NCBI GenBank assembly: GCA_016779265.1
Contig: JADHNY010000003.1
Coordinates: 12,741-76,740, forward strand
Length of the DNA stretch: 64,000 bases
Direction of reading: 5' to 3'
Source: Pirellulales bacterium
Lineage (GTDB): Bacteria; Planctomycetota; Planctomycetia; Pirellulales; UBA1268
The notes under the pieces: generated by a model
What the model was told of the DNA's origin: nothing
Seen by the model: the letters and a program-made list of their open reading frames with translations, nothing else
Databases searched by the model: none
Translations under genes and position numbers: made by a program
In this document: in pieces, positions 27,677 through 41,223 of the stretch
Layout: each line of letters begins with the position of its first letter
Numbering within the stretch: position 1 is the first letter of the stretch

Positions 27677-28639
27677 TCAGCTGAAGAAGAGTCGCGTGGC
27701 GGTGCCGCGAAGGATCGCGTCGCGGTCGGCGGTGGTTAAAAACCTGCAGCGGTCGCGGATGAGAGCCAGCGAAGGCTCATAGCCCTGGCCGTCGGCCAGC
27801 TGGAAGGGGCCGTCCGACGCCCACATCAGCCGCTCGGCGCCGTAGGCATCGCGGAGCTGCCGGATCATCGGCTCGAGGTCTTCGTAGGGAGGCTGCTTGT
27901 GGCCGAGCGCGTAGAAGGCTGAGATTTTCACAAACACCGTGGGAAAACGGGCCAGGCCTAGCAGCAGCTCCAGCTGCCCTTGATCAACAGCTCCGCGCAT
28001 GCCGATGCGGGCGAAGTGATCAATCACCACAGGTGTCTTGGGAAACGCCTGGCACATCCGCTGTACTGCCGGCAAGGCGTCGGGGTTCGCCAGGAGGCAC
28101 ATCGCCAGTCCCTTCTCTGAGGCAGTTTGCCACATCTGCCGCATGCCATCGGAGTCTTGCCAGGCTTCTGCTTTGGCGCGATCGGTGTAGAGGCGAAATC
28201 CGCGCACGCCGTGCTGGGCCATTGTCTGCATGGTGTCTGCCACCGTCGGCTGCTCGTGGTCAACGATGGCCACCCCGCCAAACACACCAGGGTGAGCGGC
28301 CATGCAGTCGAGCATGTAGCGATTGTCAAAGCCGTAGTAGCTCATCTGGATCAGTACGATCCGCGAGATGCCCAGAGGCTGTGCGGCTGCGAGAAGCTCG
28401 CTCGCGGTGAAGCTCGCTGGCTGCATGTCGCTGCGTTGAAAGTCAGCAGCGAGGGGATACCGCTTCAGGTCAGGCGTCCAGACATGGACATGAGCGTCGA
28501 CAAGCCCGTCAGCGACCCCGGCGGTGGCTTCATCGCTGCAACTGAGTCGAGGCCCGGCGGTGGCAAAGGCGGAGGCGGCAAGAAGGCGGAGGCTGTTGCC
28601 CGTAAACGATCGCCGTGTGCTGCTGGTGTGAGAGGTCAT
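27677..28639 (-). CDS. Amidohydrolase family 2 (sugar lactonase-like), probable Tat signal
   Basis: TRRSF, VDAHVHVW, VIDHFAR, VKIS, RLMWASDGP. Confidence 0.87.
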   Translation of the reverse strand: MTSHTSSTRRSFTGNSLRLLAASAFATAGPRLSCSDEATAGVADGLVDAHVHVWTPDLKRYPLAADFQRSDMQPASFTASELLAAAQPLGISRIVLIQMSYYGFDNRYMLDCMAAHPGVFGGVAIVDHEQPTVADTMQTMAQHGVRGFRLYTDRAKAEAWQDSDGMRQMWQTASEKGLAMCLLANPDALPAVQRMCQAFPKTPVVIDHFARIGMRGAVDQGQLELLLGLARFPTVFVKISAFYALGHKQPPYEDLEPMIRQLRDAYGAERLMWASDGPFQLADGQGYEPSLALIRDRCRFLTTADRDAILRGTATRLFFS

Positions 28640-28751
28640 GCGAGACGTGCTCCCCGTTGGTTGATCATCCCTGCAGATCGCGAAGACTCCCGCTAGCGTA
28701 GAAACGCGTCGAGCTGCTCTGCAACGCGGGACCGCGGGCCTGTGAGGCGTG

Positions 28752-29903
28752 TCAGGAGAACTGCCTGACAAACTCACGATAAAACGCCGTCGCTGTATTC
28801 ACTTCAGCCAGAGGAACCGACTCGGCAGCTGCGTGGGCCATGTCGATGCTTCCTGGCCCGAACACGATCGACGGCACTCCGGCCCGACGTGAGAGTTTGC
28901 TGGCATCGCTTCCATAGGGAACACCAAGCGGTTCCGGCGAGAGCCCGAGTTGCTGACTCACGCGACGGGCAACGGACACGACCTCAGCATCATGTGGCGT
29001 CTCAAGGGTCTCATCGAGAAGCAGCGTGTCGATGCTATAGCCGACGCCGGTCCTGGCAAGCGTTGCCTCGACCACACGACGATAGTCATCGAGCACGACA
29101 TCTGGCAGTTCACCTGGGAGAAGCCGACGATCGACATCGAGTTCACAGGCCTCAGCCACAATATTCACCTGCACGCCTCCGCGAATGATCCCGATGGAGC
29201 CGGTGGCAGGCCCGAGCAGCGGATGCTGAGGTTTGGTGAGCAGGTTGTTGTGCAGGCTGTCGAGCGCGAGCACAACCTCGGCTGCTGCCGAGATCGCGCT
29301 GGAGCCCAGCCAGGGTTTGGAGGAGTGCGCCGCTTTCCCGCAGAGTCGGATGCGGAAACGCAGCACACCTTTGGTGGCTGAGACTGTTCCCAGCCGTGTC
29401 GGTTCCGCGACAATGGCCGCCGCGGTCGTTCCACCAGCAGTGGCGAGGCCGTCAACCAATGCAAGCACCCCGCGGTAGGCGTGTTCTTCATCGACAACTG
29501 CGGCCAGCCAGACATCGCACGCAGGCGACTCCCCTGTGTCTGCGAGGTCGAGCACGGCAGCCAGCATCGCGGCGAGGCCGCCTTTGGTGTCGCACGAGCC
29601 TCGGCCCATGAGCTGCCCATCTTCAAGGACTGGGTCGAAGGCCGCGATGGTCATGCCTTCCACGCCAACCGTATCCATGTGGGCCTCGAGCACGACTCGC
29701 CGGGAACGGTCTCTGCCCGGGAGCACGCCGATCACATTGTCTCGGCCAGGCTCGACCGGCTGGATGAGCACGTCGAGACCGGCCTTCGTGAACTGACCAC
29801 GCATGAAGCGAGCCAGGTCGGCTTCGCCAGGCCCACCGTAGGCCGGGTTCACGCTGTTGATCGCAATCAGCTCTGAGAGCAGGTCTGTGGCAGAGGGGGC
29901 CAT
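28752..29903 (-). CDS. M20 metallohydrolase (ArgE/DapE-like deacylase)
   Basis: EAHMDTV, GRGSCDTKGG, VDEE, AEPT, GKAAHSS, FGPGSIDMAH. Confidence 0.9.
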   Translation of the reverse strand: MAPSATDLLSELIAINSVNPAYGGPGEADLARFMRGQFTKAGLDVLIQPVEPGRDNVIGVLPGRDRSRRVVLEAHMDTVGVEGMTIAAFDPVLEDGQLMGRGSCDTKGGLAAMLAAVLDLADTGESPACDVWLAAVVDEEHAYRGVLALVDGLATAGGTTAAAIVAEPTRLGTVSATKGVLRFRIRLCGKAAHSSKPWLGSSAISAAAEVVLALDSLHNNLLTKPQHPLLGPATGSIGIIRGGVQVNIVAEACELDVDRRLLPGELPDVVLDDYRRVVEATLARTGVGYSIDTLLLDETLETPHDAEVVSVARRVSQQLGLSPEPLGVPYGSDASKLSRRAGVPSIVFGPGSIDMAHAAAESVPLAEVNTATAFYREFVRQFS

Positions 29904-29969
29904 ACAGGGCTCGCACGAAAAGCATGGGGGAAACAAACTGAGGCGGGACAGCCTCTGCAAGTATCAGCC

Positions 29970-31832
29970 CTACGGTGACTCGGCCGTAGGCTCCACGGGA
30001 TGAAACCGCAGCCGGTAACTTGCTCGCTTGCCGGCAGGCGTCGAGAGTGTGAGTGCGATTCCCTGCTCGGTTTTCTCGATCTGCACCTCGTTTTTCTGGA
30101 GTTCTTTCTCGGTGGTGCCGGCCGCGTAGTCGCGGGCGATGTCGCAGTCCCACGTTCCCTCGGCAAGTTCCATGGGGAGTAGGTTTGGAGGATGTTCCTG
30201 GGTCGCCGGTGTGGCGTAGTGCCACATCCGCCCGTTGACTCTCACGAAAGGCCCTGCAAGGGAATGTTCACCAGGAGGAACCTGGCCAAACGGGAACTGA
30301 ACCATCAACCCGGTGATGTCGCGAAGCTGAGGGGCCGCAGGGAGTCCTTCGTCGTCCGTCGCGTCTGCCGGTCCACCGCCGGCTGGTGATTCAGGGGTTT
30401 GTGCCATCACGCCAACCGCAAAGGTAACCTGCCCCTCAAGCCCAACCTGAATGCTGATCGCATCGACCGGCCCTTCCTTGTCGAGCTGCATCGGATCGCC
30501 GGGAAACCCCGCGTAGAGGGGCCGTTCGGCAAGCGGGAACGTCAGCTGGATTGTGCGGACCACGGTGTCTCCAGTCAGGCCGCGGATCCGTGCCTGGATG
30601 AACCCCACGTGAGGATCGTCAATGTGCACCACGGAAGCATTCCAGGTGCCGTCGGGGAGATACTTCTCGCCATCGACGAGGTCTGCAGCCAACATCCGTG
30701 GCGCGCCTCCTGAGCGAAGTTCGATCTGAACCTTGTCATCGGGGATGCGAATCAGGCGTGCGGCATCGGAGAGCCTGCCTTTGACCTTGGGCGCGATCAC
30801 CCGATCAGTCAGGGGGACGAGTTCTCCGGGCTTGAGCTGAGGACCTTGCCCGCGGCGAACGAGGAGTTTGATTTCTTCCCGCGGATCAGCCACCGCCTGG
30901 ATGACCACTTCTTTGGCATCATCGGGCACGGCGGCCACTGAGGTCTGCCAGGTCTGCCCGCTGTCGGCAGAGAGATCGAGTTCGATGCGGTCCGGACGGG
31001 TGGGGCGATACTTTTGGCTGCCAAAGTCGGTGACAAGCCCGATATGAAAGTCGGCTGCCTCGCCGCGATCCTTCCATGGGATGGGGTCGACGTGAAGCCC
31101 CAGGCCCGGCTGCGAGAGGAACTCGCGAAGGCGTGGCAGGCTGACTGCGAAACTCGTGCGGTCTGCAGGCGGAGCCATCTTGGCAGTGACGACGCCCACC
31201 ACCCGGCCCTTACTGTCAACGAGTGGTCCGCCGGAGTTGCCGAAGTTCACCACCGCGTCAAACCGGATCGTCTCGAGGATTCCAGCCTCGTCACGTCCGA
31301 GTGAGCTCACCCGGCCTTGGTTCATCGTGATCGACGGATTCCGGGCATCAACCAGGGTGCCAAACGGAAAGCCAAAGGCACGCACCTCAGTGCCGAGCGC
31401 TGGCTCATCTTCGGCTGGCAGCATGGGCAGAAAGGGTAGTTCTTGATCGCTGTCGACTTTCAGCAGTGCCAGATCCCATTCGTTGTTGCTCGACAGGCTG
31501 CGGGCCATCACCGTGCGCTCGTTGGGAGTGCCGGAGTCGAGGACAAGTGGCACGGTTGCCAGCATGTTGAGACCGTTGAGCACATGCACGTTCGTGATGA
31601 ACAGGCCCGCGGGGTCGATGCAGAAAGCTGTGCCTTCCCCAGCTGGTGTCTGCTTCACAAACGCCGTGGCCCGCGAGACCCGCTCAATGGGGTCTTCTGC
31701 TGCGGCGTGCACCATGGCGGCAGGGAGCAGCGTTGCCAGCAGGGCCCAAAGCACGAGCCGAGAAACTCGCGGGAGAGCCGAGTTGAGACGTGGTCTCCAG
31801 AACTGGAGAAACGGGCGTCGGGAAAAAAGCAT
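29970..31832 (-). CDS. Secreted trypsin-like (S1C) serine protease with unrecognised C-terminal extension
   Basis: Catalytic triad in TNVHV, DLALLKV, GNSGGPL. Confidence 0.87.
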   Translation of the reverse strand: MLFSRRPFLQFWRPRLNSALPRVSRLVLWALLATLLPAAMVHAAAEDPIERVSRATAFVKQTPAGEGTAFCIDPAGLFITNVHVLNGLNMLATVPLVLDSGTPNERTVMARSLSSNNEWDLALLKVDSDQELPFLPMLPAEDEPALGTEVRAFGFPFGTLVDARNPSITMNQGRVSSLGRDEAGILETIRFDAVVNFGNSGGPLVDSKGRVVGVVTAKMAPPADRTSFAVSLPRLREFLSQPGLGLHVDPIPWKDRGEAADFHIGLVTDFGSQKYRPTRPDRIELDLSADSGQTWQTSVAAVPDDAKEVVIQAVADPREEIKLLVRRGQGPQLKPGELVPLTDRVIAPKVKGRLSDAARLIRIPDDKVQIELRSGGAPRMLAADLVDGEKYLPDGTWNASVVHIDDPHVGFIQARIRGLTGDTVVRTIQLTFPLAERPLYAGFPGDPMQLDKEGPVDAISIQVGLEGQVTFAVGVMAQTPESPAGGGPADATDDEGLPAAPQLRDITGLMVQFPFGQVPPGEHSLAGPFVRVNGRMWHYATPATQEHPPNLLPMELAEGTWDCDIARDYAAGTTEKELQKNEVQIEKTEQGIALTLSTPAGKRASYRLRFHPVEPTAESP

Positions 31833-32019
31833 CGGCCAACCTCGGGGCTGCGGGCGGGTGCTGCGTTACCGGGGCGTGGGGCGGTGGAGAGTGTCTCGTT
31901 TAAGGATATCCGACGGGTCGCTCGCGAGGCTTTGCCGGGCAGCGTCAAACAATGGGAGGCGTGTGCGAGGAAGCCGCTGGTCCGTTGTCGGCGGCTGACG
32001 AGCTGCGTAAACTACTGAA

Positions 32020-32182
32020 CTGTCAGGAGAGAGTCGAAAGACCGCCGAAGGCCGAACGCTCAGGCAAAAGTACTGACAGATTAGCGCTGTTGGAGAGAGG
32101 TGTGGCGGCTGTCACACCCACCGAAGGGGCAAACCCAGAGGCCGAAGCCTCAGGGTGAATCTCTCAGGTACCAGGACAACAG
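32020..32182 (+). ncRNA. Tandem glycine riboswitch
   Basis: Two aptamers, each GGAGAGA-P2-C(G/A)CCGAAG...CTCAGG. P1 stems CTGTCAG/CTGACAG and CTGTT/AACAG. Directly upstream of gcvP. Confidence 0.95.
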
Positions 32183-32237
32183 GGTTCCCGTCGTTGCTAC
32201 CGCTGTGCGGTGGCCGCCCTCGCTCAGGAGCCTGAAG

Positions 32238-35177
<2,940 letters not shown>

Positions 35178-35223
35178 GCCGCCGCTGTGAGCAGCTGGCA
35201 TCTGTCGATGCATCAGACCACCA

Positions 35224-35811
35224 TCACTTGATCGATGACGACACGGGGCCTTCGGAAAACATCAGCCGGGTGCCGAGAGCGATGGCGGTGATCGAGATGG
35301 GAATCGTCAGCAGCTCCCAGTGAAGGTCACCGAGGAGAATCTTCTCAGCGAGCACCCGCACGAACATGATGGCGAGCAGGACGGCCACCACCTCCATCAG
35401 GGTCTTCTTCAGTGAGGCGATGTTTTCCACTTTCAGCCAGCGAGGTGCTGCAGAGACGGTGTTGGTGTTGGTGAGAAAGAGCGAATAGATCCCGTAGGCG
35501 AAATAGAGGAACGTGAGGCCGGTGAGGCCGTTGTCGAGCGACTCCAGCAGCTGCAGGTTGGCGGCGACACGCGGGCTTGCCTGCTTGCCAACTGGCGCCG
35601 CGTCTGCCGCCCCTTCCAGGACGGGCATCATTTCCAGGTACTGGAGCACGGCCTCCGCGGTGTTGCTCGCCCCGATGACAAACATCAGCAAGGCGCCCAC
35701 GAGCGACGACAACACCACCACGACGCTGAACCAGCGTGTCAGGCCCATGATCTGCGTCATGCGGGGCAGTTTTTGGCGAATGGCAGCAGAGGAGTGAGTG
35801 GCGTGATCCAT
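35224..35811 (-). CDS. YqhA/UPF0114-like membrane protein
   Basis: Four TM segments, LLESLD, FAYGIYSLF, WLKVENIASLK. Confidence 0.8.
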   Translation of the reverse strand: MDHATHSSAAIRQKLPRMTQIMGLTRWFSVVVVLSSLVGALLMFVIGASNTAEAVLQYLEMMPVLEGAADAAPVGKQASPRVAANLQLLESLDNGLTGLTFLYFAYGIYSLFLTNTNTVSAAPRWLKVENIASLKKTLMEVVAVLLAIMFVRVLAEKILLGDLHWELLTIPISITAIALGTRLMFSEGPVSSSIK

Positions 35812-35913
35812 GGACGACTTCCAGAAATAGAGGCACGGGCGGAAGTTCCGCATGGTACTTCAATTGCTGTCATCATGCGGTTGGCGGGCGAACGCGAGTC
35901 TGAGACCACTGTG

Positions 35914-35942
35914 TTGACGCTCCGGCCAAAGGCTTCGACAAT
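35914..35942 (+). promoter_or_regulatory. Putative sigma70 promoter of the glyA operon
   Basis: TTGACG-N17-GACAAT. Confidence 0.6.
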
Positions 35943-36032
35943 CCAGGAGTTCAGACATTGACTGGCCCTTGCGTGCCGTCCCTTGGAGGTCTCCCTGCCA
36001 CGGAGTTCCTCCTCAACTGGAGCAACCGAAGC

Positions 36033-37328
36033 GTGGATTCCGAGCAGACAGGCGTTCTCAATATTCTCCGACACGACGATCCAGAAATCTTTGCCGCTGT
36101 CGAGGCCGAGGCCACCCGCCAGCGGGAAGGTCTCGAGATGATTGCGAGTGAGAACTTCACGAGCGCTGCTGTCATGCAGGCTGTCGGGAGCGTGCTCACC
36201 AATAAGTATGCCGAAGGCTATCCTGGCCGCCGTTATTACGGTGGTTGCGAGCATGTGGACGTTGTGGAGAACATCGCTCGCGATCGGGCCAAGCAGCTCT
36301 TCGGCGCCGAGCATGCAAACGTTCAGCCGCACTCCGGGAGTCAGGCCAACTCGGCTGTCTACCTCGCGGCAATCCAGCCTGGTGACACGGTGCTGGCATT
36401 TGACCTTGCCCATGGCGGACATCTCACCCATGGGATGAAACTCAACGCCTCGGGCATCCTCTACAACTTTGTACACTACGGTGTTCGTCAGGACGACAAC
36501 CTGCTCGACTTCGACCAGGTGGCCAGGCTTGCGCGTGAGCATCGTCCAAAGCTGATTGTGGCTGGTGCCAGTGCATATCCACGCGAAATTCCGCATGCTC
36601 GCTTCGCGGAGATTGCTCGCGAGGTTGGTGCCAAGTTGATGGTCGACATGGCTCACTATGCAGGGCTCGTGGCGGCTGGCATTCATGACAACCCCGTGCC
36701 CGTCGCAGACTTTGTGACGAGCACAACGCACAAGACGCTGCGCGGCCCTCGTGGTGGCATCGCCATGTGTCGTGAAGAGCATGCCAAGGATCTTGATCGT
36801 TCGGTTTTCCCGGGAACCCAGGGTGGACCACTGGAGCATGTGATTGCTGGTAAGGCCGTTGCCTTTGGTGAAGCGCTTAAGCCGGAGTTCCGGTCGTATG
36901 CCGAGCAGGTGGTCGCCAATGCGAAAGTGCTGGCAGAGAGCCTGCTTGAGGGTGGCCTGAAGATTGTCAGTGGTGGCACCGACAACCATCTCGTGCTCGT
37001 CGACGTCACGCCGGCAGGCCTTGGTGGCAAACTCGCCGAGGCATCACTCGATCACTGTGGAATCACCTGCAATAAGAACATGATTCCGTTTGATCAGCGG
37101 AAGCCGATGGATCCCTCGGGTATCCGCCTTGGCACGCCCGCCCTGACTACGCGTGGTATGGGTGCTGACGAGATGCGGCAGATCGCTCGCTGGATCCTCG
37201 CGGTGCTTGCCGCTCCTGAAGATGAGGCCGTGCTGGCGGCCACCAAGAGCGAGGTGGTCGCAATGGCTGATCAGTTCCCGGTGCCGGCGGCCAGGCTTGA
37301 GCAAAGTCTGGAAGCGGTTGAGCGATGA
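36033..37328 (+). CDS. glyA: Serine hydroxymethyltransferase
   Basis: [54 protein letters not shown] start after GGAG. Confidence 0.97.
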   Translation: MDSEQTGVLNILRHDDPEIFAAVEAEATRQREGLEMIASENFTSAAVMQAVGSVLTNKYAEGYPGRRYYGGCEHVDVVENIARDRAKQLFGAEHANVQPHSGSQANSAVYLAAIQPGDTVLAFDLAHGGHLTHGMKLNASGILYNFVHYGVRQDDNLLDFDQVARLAREHRPKLIVAGASAYPREIPHARFAEIAREVGAKLMVDMAHYAGLVAAGIHDNPVPVADFVTSTTHKTLRGPRGGIAMCREEHAKDLDRSVFPGTQGGPLEHVIAGKAVAFGEALKPEFRSYAEQVVANAKVLAESLLEGGLKIVSGGTDNHLVLVDVTPAGLGGKLAEASLDHCGITCNKNMIPFDQRKPMDPSGIRLGTPALTTRGMGADEMRQIARWILAVLAAPEDEAVLAATKSEVVAMADQFPVPAARLEQSLEAVER

Positions 37329-38224
37329 CCACACCGGTCGCGGCGTCGTCACAGACCTTGGTTCGCCGTGTGATTCGCATCGGTCTCGTGCAGTCAGCCT
37401 GTACTGCTGACCGGGAGGCGAATGTTGAGCAGGCTCTCGTGGGCATTGCTCAGGCAGCCAAAGCTGGTGCTGACGTTGTCTGCCTGCAAGAACTCTTCGC
37501 TGGTGAGTACCCCTGCCAGACAGAAGATCATGCGAGGTTTGCTGACGCAGAGGCGATGCCTGGGCCGCTGACTGCTCGACTGTCGGCAGCGGCTCGGGAA
37601 CATCGCGTGGTACTGATCGGCAGCGGCTTTGAGCGGCGAGCTCACGGGCTGTTCCACAACACGGCGGTAGTGTTTGAAGCGGACGGTGCGATTGCGGGGA
37701 CCTACCGCAAGATGCACATCCCAGACGATCCGCACTACTACGAGAAGTTTTTTTTCACCCCCGGCGACACAGGCTTCCTGTCGGTGCCGACTGGCAAACT
37801 CGCTGTCGGACCGCTCGTCTGCTGGGACCAGTGGTATCCCGAGGCGGCTCGGCTGACGGCGATGGCTGGGGCTGAGGCGCTCTTCTATCCAACGGCGATC
37901 GGCTGGCTGGATGGCGAAGAGGAACTCCATGCGGCCCAGTACGAGTCGTGGGACACGATGCTCCGGAGCCATGCGATCGCCAACGGCGTGTTTGTCGTGG
38001 CAGTCAATCGCACCGGTCGTGAGGGGGCGTTGCGTTTCTGGGGAGCGAGTGTCGTCTACGCCCCGAGTGGCGAACTGCTCGTCAGGGGATCGCATGACAT
38101 TCCTGAAGTGCTGGTGGCGGAATGTGATCTGACCCGGATCGAATGGTCTCGCACGCGATGGCCATTCTTTCGAGATCGCAGGATCGATGCCTACGATGGC
38201 CTCACGTCGCGATGGGGACAGTGA
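37325..38224 (+). CDS. aguB: N-carbamoylputrescine amidase-like carbon-nitrogen hydrolase
   Basis: [46 protein letters not shown]. Adjacent to agmatine deiminase. Confidence 0.88.
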   Translation: MTTPVAASSQTLVRRVIRIGLVQSACTADREANVEQALVGIAQAAKAGADVVCLQELFAGEYPCQTEDHARFADAEAMPGPLTARLSAAAREHRVVLIGSGFERRAHGLFHNTAVVFEADGAIAGTYRKMHIPDDPHYYEKFFFTPGDTGFLSVPTGKLAVGPLVCWDQWYPEAARLTAMAGAEALFYPTAIGWLDGEEELHAAQYESWDTMLRSHAIANGVFVVAVNRTGREGALRFWGASVVYAPSGELLVRGSHDIPEVLVAECDLTRIEWSRTRWPFFRDRRIDAYDGLTSRWGQ

Positions 38225-39282
38225 GCATGTCAGCCTCGACGCCAGCCTCGCTCGGCTATCGACTTGCTGCGGAGTGGGAGCCACAGCAGGCGGTCTGGCT
38301 GTCATGGCCTCATCGGCGGGCGACCTGGCCGGATCACTTTGAGCCGATCCCGCATCTGTTTGCGGATGTGGCGAGGAGGATTGCGGCGAGCGGACAACAG
38401 GTCTGCGTCGTGGCCACCGCTGCAGCACTTGCAGAGGCTCAGCAGATCCTCTCCGGTGTGAACGGGGTCTCACTGATCGATCTTCCAACGAATGATTCCT
38501 GGCTCCGTGATTCGGGGCCCGTGTTCCTGAGTGCACAGCCAGGCTGTGGCAGTCTGCCACCAGCTGCGGTGGCCTTTGGTTTCAATGCTTGGGGTGGAAA
38601 GTATCCACCGTGGAACGATGACGAAGCCCTCGGCCGGCGGATTGCCGAGTCGCTCGGGATGCGGGTGTTCTCCGGGGGCATGGTGCTGGAAGGGGGCGCG
38701 ATCGACACCGATGGCGAGGGCACGCTGCTGATCAATCGACTCTGTGTCGTTGATGAACGTCGCAATCCTGGGCGATCGATCGCAGAAGTTGAGCAGGTGT
38801 TGCGGGACCAGCTTGCAGCGAAGCGGGTGATCTGGACAGGCGGCGAACTTGCTGGGGACGATACCGATGGACACATCGATCAGCTCGCTCGATTCGTGGC
38901 TCCAGGGCGTGTCTTGGCAGCCCGACAGCCTGATCCGCTCGATCCAAACTATGCGTCGCTCGAAGCAAACCTGGGCATTCTGCGGGCGGCTCGCGATGCG
39001 TCAGGACGGCTGCTTGAGGTGGTGCCAGTCGATCTGCCAAGTCGTTTCCAGCGATATGGCGTGCAGCTTCCGGCAAGCTCTCTCAACTTCTTGGTAACCA
39101 ACACGACGGTGCTGGTACCCGTTTTTTCTGATCCGGCCGATGAACGGGCTCTTCAGACACTCGAGGCCTGTTTTCCAGGGCGTTCGATTGAGCCGGTCGA
39201 CTGCCGCGACCTTGTCTGGGGACGGGGAGCTGTGCACTGCATCACGCGAGATCAGCCACGGTGGCCTCAGGACGAGGTCTGA
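38221..39282 (+). CDS. aguA: Agmatine deiminase family protein
   Basis: AEWEP, NDSWLRDSGP, FNAWGGKY, LEGGAIDTDGEG, DDTDGHID, GAVHCIT. Confidence 0.9.
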   Translation: MSMSASTPASLGYRLAAEWEPQQAVWLSWPHRRATWPDHFEPIPHLFADVARRIAASGQQVCVVATAAALAEAQQILSGVNGVSLIDLPTNDSWLRDSGPVFLSAQPGCGSLPPAAVAFGFNAWGGKYPPWNDDEALGRRIAESLGMRVFSGGMVLEGGAIDTDGEGTLLINRLCVVDERRNPGRSIAEVEQVLRDQLAAKRVIWTGGELAGDDTDGHIDQLARFVAPGRVLAARQPDPLDPNYASLEANLGILRAARDASGRLLEVVPVDLPSRFQRYGVQLPASSLNFLVTNTTVLVPVFSDPADERALQTLEACFPGRSIEPVDCRDLVWGRGAVHCITRDQPRWPQDEV

Positions 39283-39384
39283 GGAGGCAGGGCAAAGACT
39301 CCGGCCTTGCCTCGGAACTCTGGCTGCGGGACATTCTTGAGACGGGTGACGACCCGGATGACCGTCCTTTGGGAGAAAGACACG

Positions 39385-39900
39385 ATGGAGTCGCTCGCCG
39401 CCGGAGTGCAGGGGTTTGTCACGCTGCTGGCTCGGCTGATGCTCGTGGCGATTTTCATGCTCAGCGCACTGGGCAACAAGATCCCTCAGTTTAGTGAGAC
39501 GGTTGAGTACATGGCCTCGGAAGGAGTGCCGCAGCCGCGACTTGCCTTGTTTGGAGCGATCGCACTGCTGCTTCTCGGCGGCCTGTCGGTGATTCCGGGA
39601 GCCTGGACGCGGATTGGGGCCAGTTTCCTCTTCGTGTTTCTGATCGCGGCCACGTTTTTCTTTCACGACTTTTGGACCTACGCCGACCCAAGCCAAGACG
39701 CTCAGCAGCAGGTGCAGCTGATTCACTTCATGAAGAACGTGGCGATCGGAGGCGGTCTGCTGATGCTGGTCGGTTTTGGTGCTGGCCCCTGGAGCGTCGA
39801 TGGCTGGATTGCCATGAAGGAGGCCGAGGCTGCTGGGGCACCTCAGAAGCCGCGGCGTTCAGCTGCAAAAGACAAGTCGAGAGATGCGTCTGATGAGTGA
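39385..39900 (+). CDS. DoxX family membrane protein
   Basis: LLARLMLVAIF, FHDFW, HFMKNVAIGGGLL, GAGPWSVD. Confidence 0.9.
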   Translation: MESLAAGVQGFVTLLARLMLVAIFMLSALGNKIPQFSETVEYMASEGVPQPRLALFGAIALLLLGGLSVIPGAWTRIGASFLFVFLIAATFFFHDFWTYADPSQDAQQQVQLIHFMKNVAIGGGLLMLVGFGAGPWSVDGWIAMKEAEAAGAPQKPRRSAAKDKSRDASDE

Positions 39901-39936
39901 GCGTGGAAACAACGAGATCCCTCAGGAGAGAGAACA

Positions 39937-41193
39937 ATGAGACGCCTGTGCATGAGCATGCAGACTTCACACCGTCCTGGCTGGCACCGTAGCGTGTGGC
40001 ATCCTGGACTGCCTGCCATGATCGTGGCCCTGGTGGCGGTGCTCTATTCTGGATACAACGCCCCAGTTCACGCCGCTGAGGAGAAGCCCGCCATGCACAC
40101 CCCAACCGTAAAGCCCTTTGGAAAACTTGCCGATGGGCGTGAGGCCCACCTCTACGTGTTGGAAACGCCCGGTGGCTGGCGAGCCACGGTCACGGACTAT
40201 GGCGCGATCCTGACGAGCATGACAGTGCCGCTGGGTAAGGATGGGCCTGTGGATGTGGTGCTCGGGTTTGACTCGCTCGAGGGCTACCTCGCCGGCCATC
40301 CCTATTTTGGTGCAAGCTGTGGCCGCTGTTCCAACCGCATTGCCAATGGTCGCTTCAGTCTGGCAGGCAAGGAGTATCAGCTGGCCACCAACAACGGCGA
40401 TCACCACCTTCATGGTGGTGATGAAGGCTTTGATAAAAAGCTCTGGAAAGCGGAGCCGAAGATGACGGATCGGGGACCAGCGGTCACCTTTCATCTCGTC
40501 TCACCGGATGGCGAAGAGGGATACCCTGGCGAACTGACGATCAAGGTCACCTACATCCTCACCCCTGCCGGCGAGCTCGTGATCGACATGCAGGCTCAGA
40601 GCGATGCTGCCACGGTCTGCAACATGGTGCATCACTCCTACTGGAACATGGCCGGGCAGGCCTCGGGCACCATTCGTGGGCATGAACTGACTGTGAATGC
40701 TGATCGCTACCTGCCGGTTGATGCTGGTTCGATCCCAACCGGGGAACTCGCTGCCGTCGCCGAAACAGCGTTTGATTTCCGTCCGGAGCGAGCCGCTACG
40801 GCCCGGCTCGGGGATGCGATCGACGCCCTCCCAGGCTCAGCCGATGGCACCAACCCAGGTGGCGTTGATCACAACCTCTGCCTGCGTGGCTGGGAGCCGG
40901 GTGATGCCCTGCGGCCGGTTGCCGTGCTACGTGATCCAGCCAGTGGTCGAACGCTCTCGATCGAGAGCAATCAGCCAGGCGTGCAGGTGTATACGGGCAA
41001 CTATCTCGACGGCAGCCTGACAGGCAAGGAGGGGGCTGTCTACGAGAAGCACTCGGGTGTCTGTCTGGAAACTCAGAGTTTTCCTGATGCCATTCACCAT
41101 GTCGGCGAGGCCGGCTGGCCGGCAGTGATTCTTGAGCCAGGCCAGACCTACCATCACCGAATGGTGCATCGCTTTAGCCAGTTGGCAGACTGA
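39937..41193 (+). CDS. galM: Aldose 1-epimerase (mutarotase) with N-terminal signal-like segment
   Basis: YGAIL, DVVLGFD, NRIANGRF, HLHGG, GYPG, HHSYWN, QVYTGN, CLETQ. Confidence 0.93.
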   Translation: MRRLCMSMQTSHRPGWHRSVWHPGLPAMIVALVAVLYSGYNAPVHAAEEKPAMHTPTVKPFGKLADGREAHLYVLETPGGWRATVTDYGAILTSMTVPLGKDGPVDVVLGFDSLEGYLAGHPYFGASCGRCSNRIANGRFSLAGKEYQLATNNGDHHLHGGDEGFDKKLWKAEPKMTDRGPAVTFHLVSPDGEEGYPGELTIKVTYILTPAGELVIDMQAQSDAATVCNMVHHSYWNMAGQASGTIRGHELTVNADRYLPVDAGSIPTGELAAVAETAFDFRPERAATARLGDAIDALPGSADGTNPGGVDHNLCLRGWEPGDALRPVAVLRDPASGRTLSIESNQPGVQVYTGNYLDGSLTGKEGAVYEKHSGVCLETQSFPDAIHHVGEAGWPAVILEPGQTYHHRMVHRFSQLAD

Positions 41194-41223
41194 AGCGTTG
41201 CGAAAACGAGTGATAAAACAACG

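Noticed and set aside
35945..36032. Possible ZMP/ZTP riboswitch before glyA (TGACTGG present)
   Set aside because: The other conserved parts (CCAC..GGGAGC and the 3' CGCCTGGGC hairpin) are absent.
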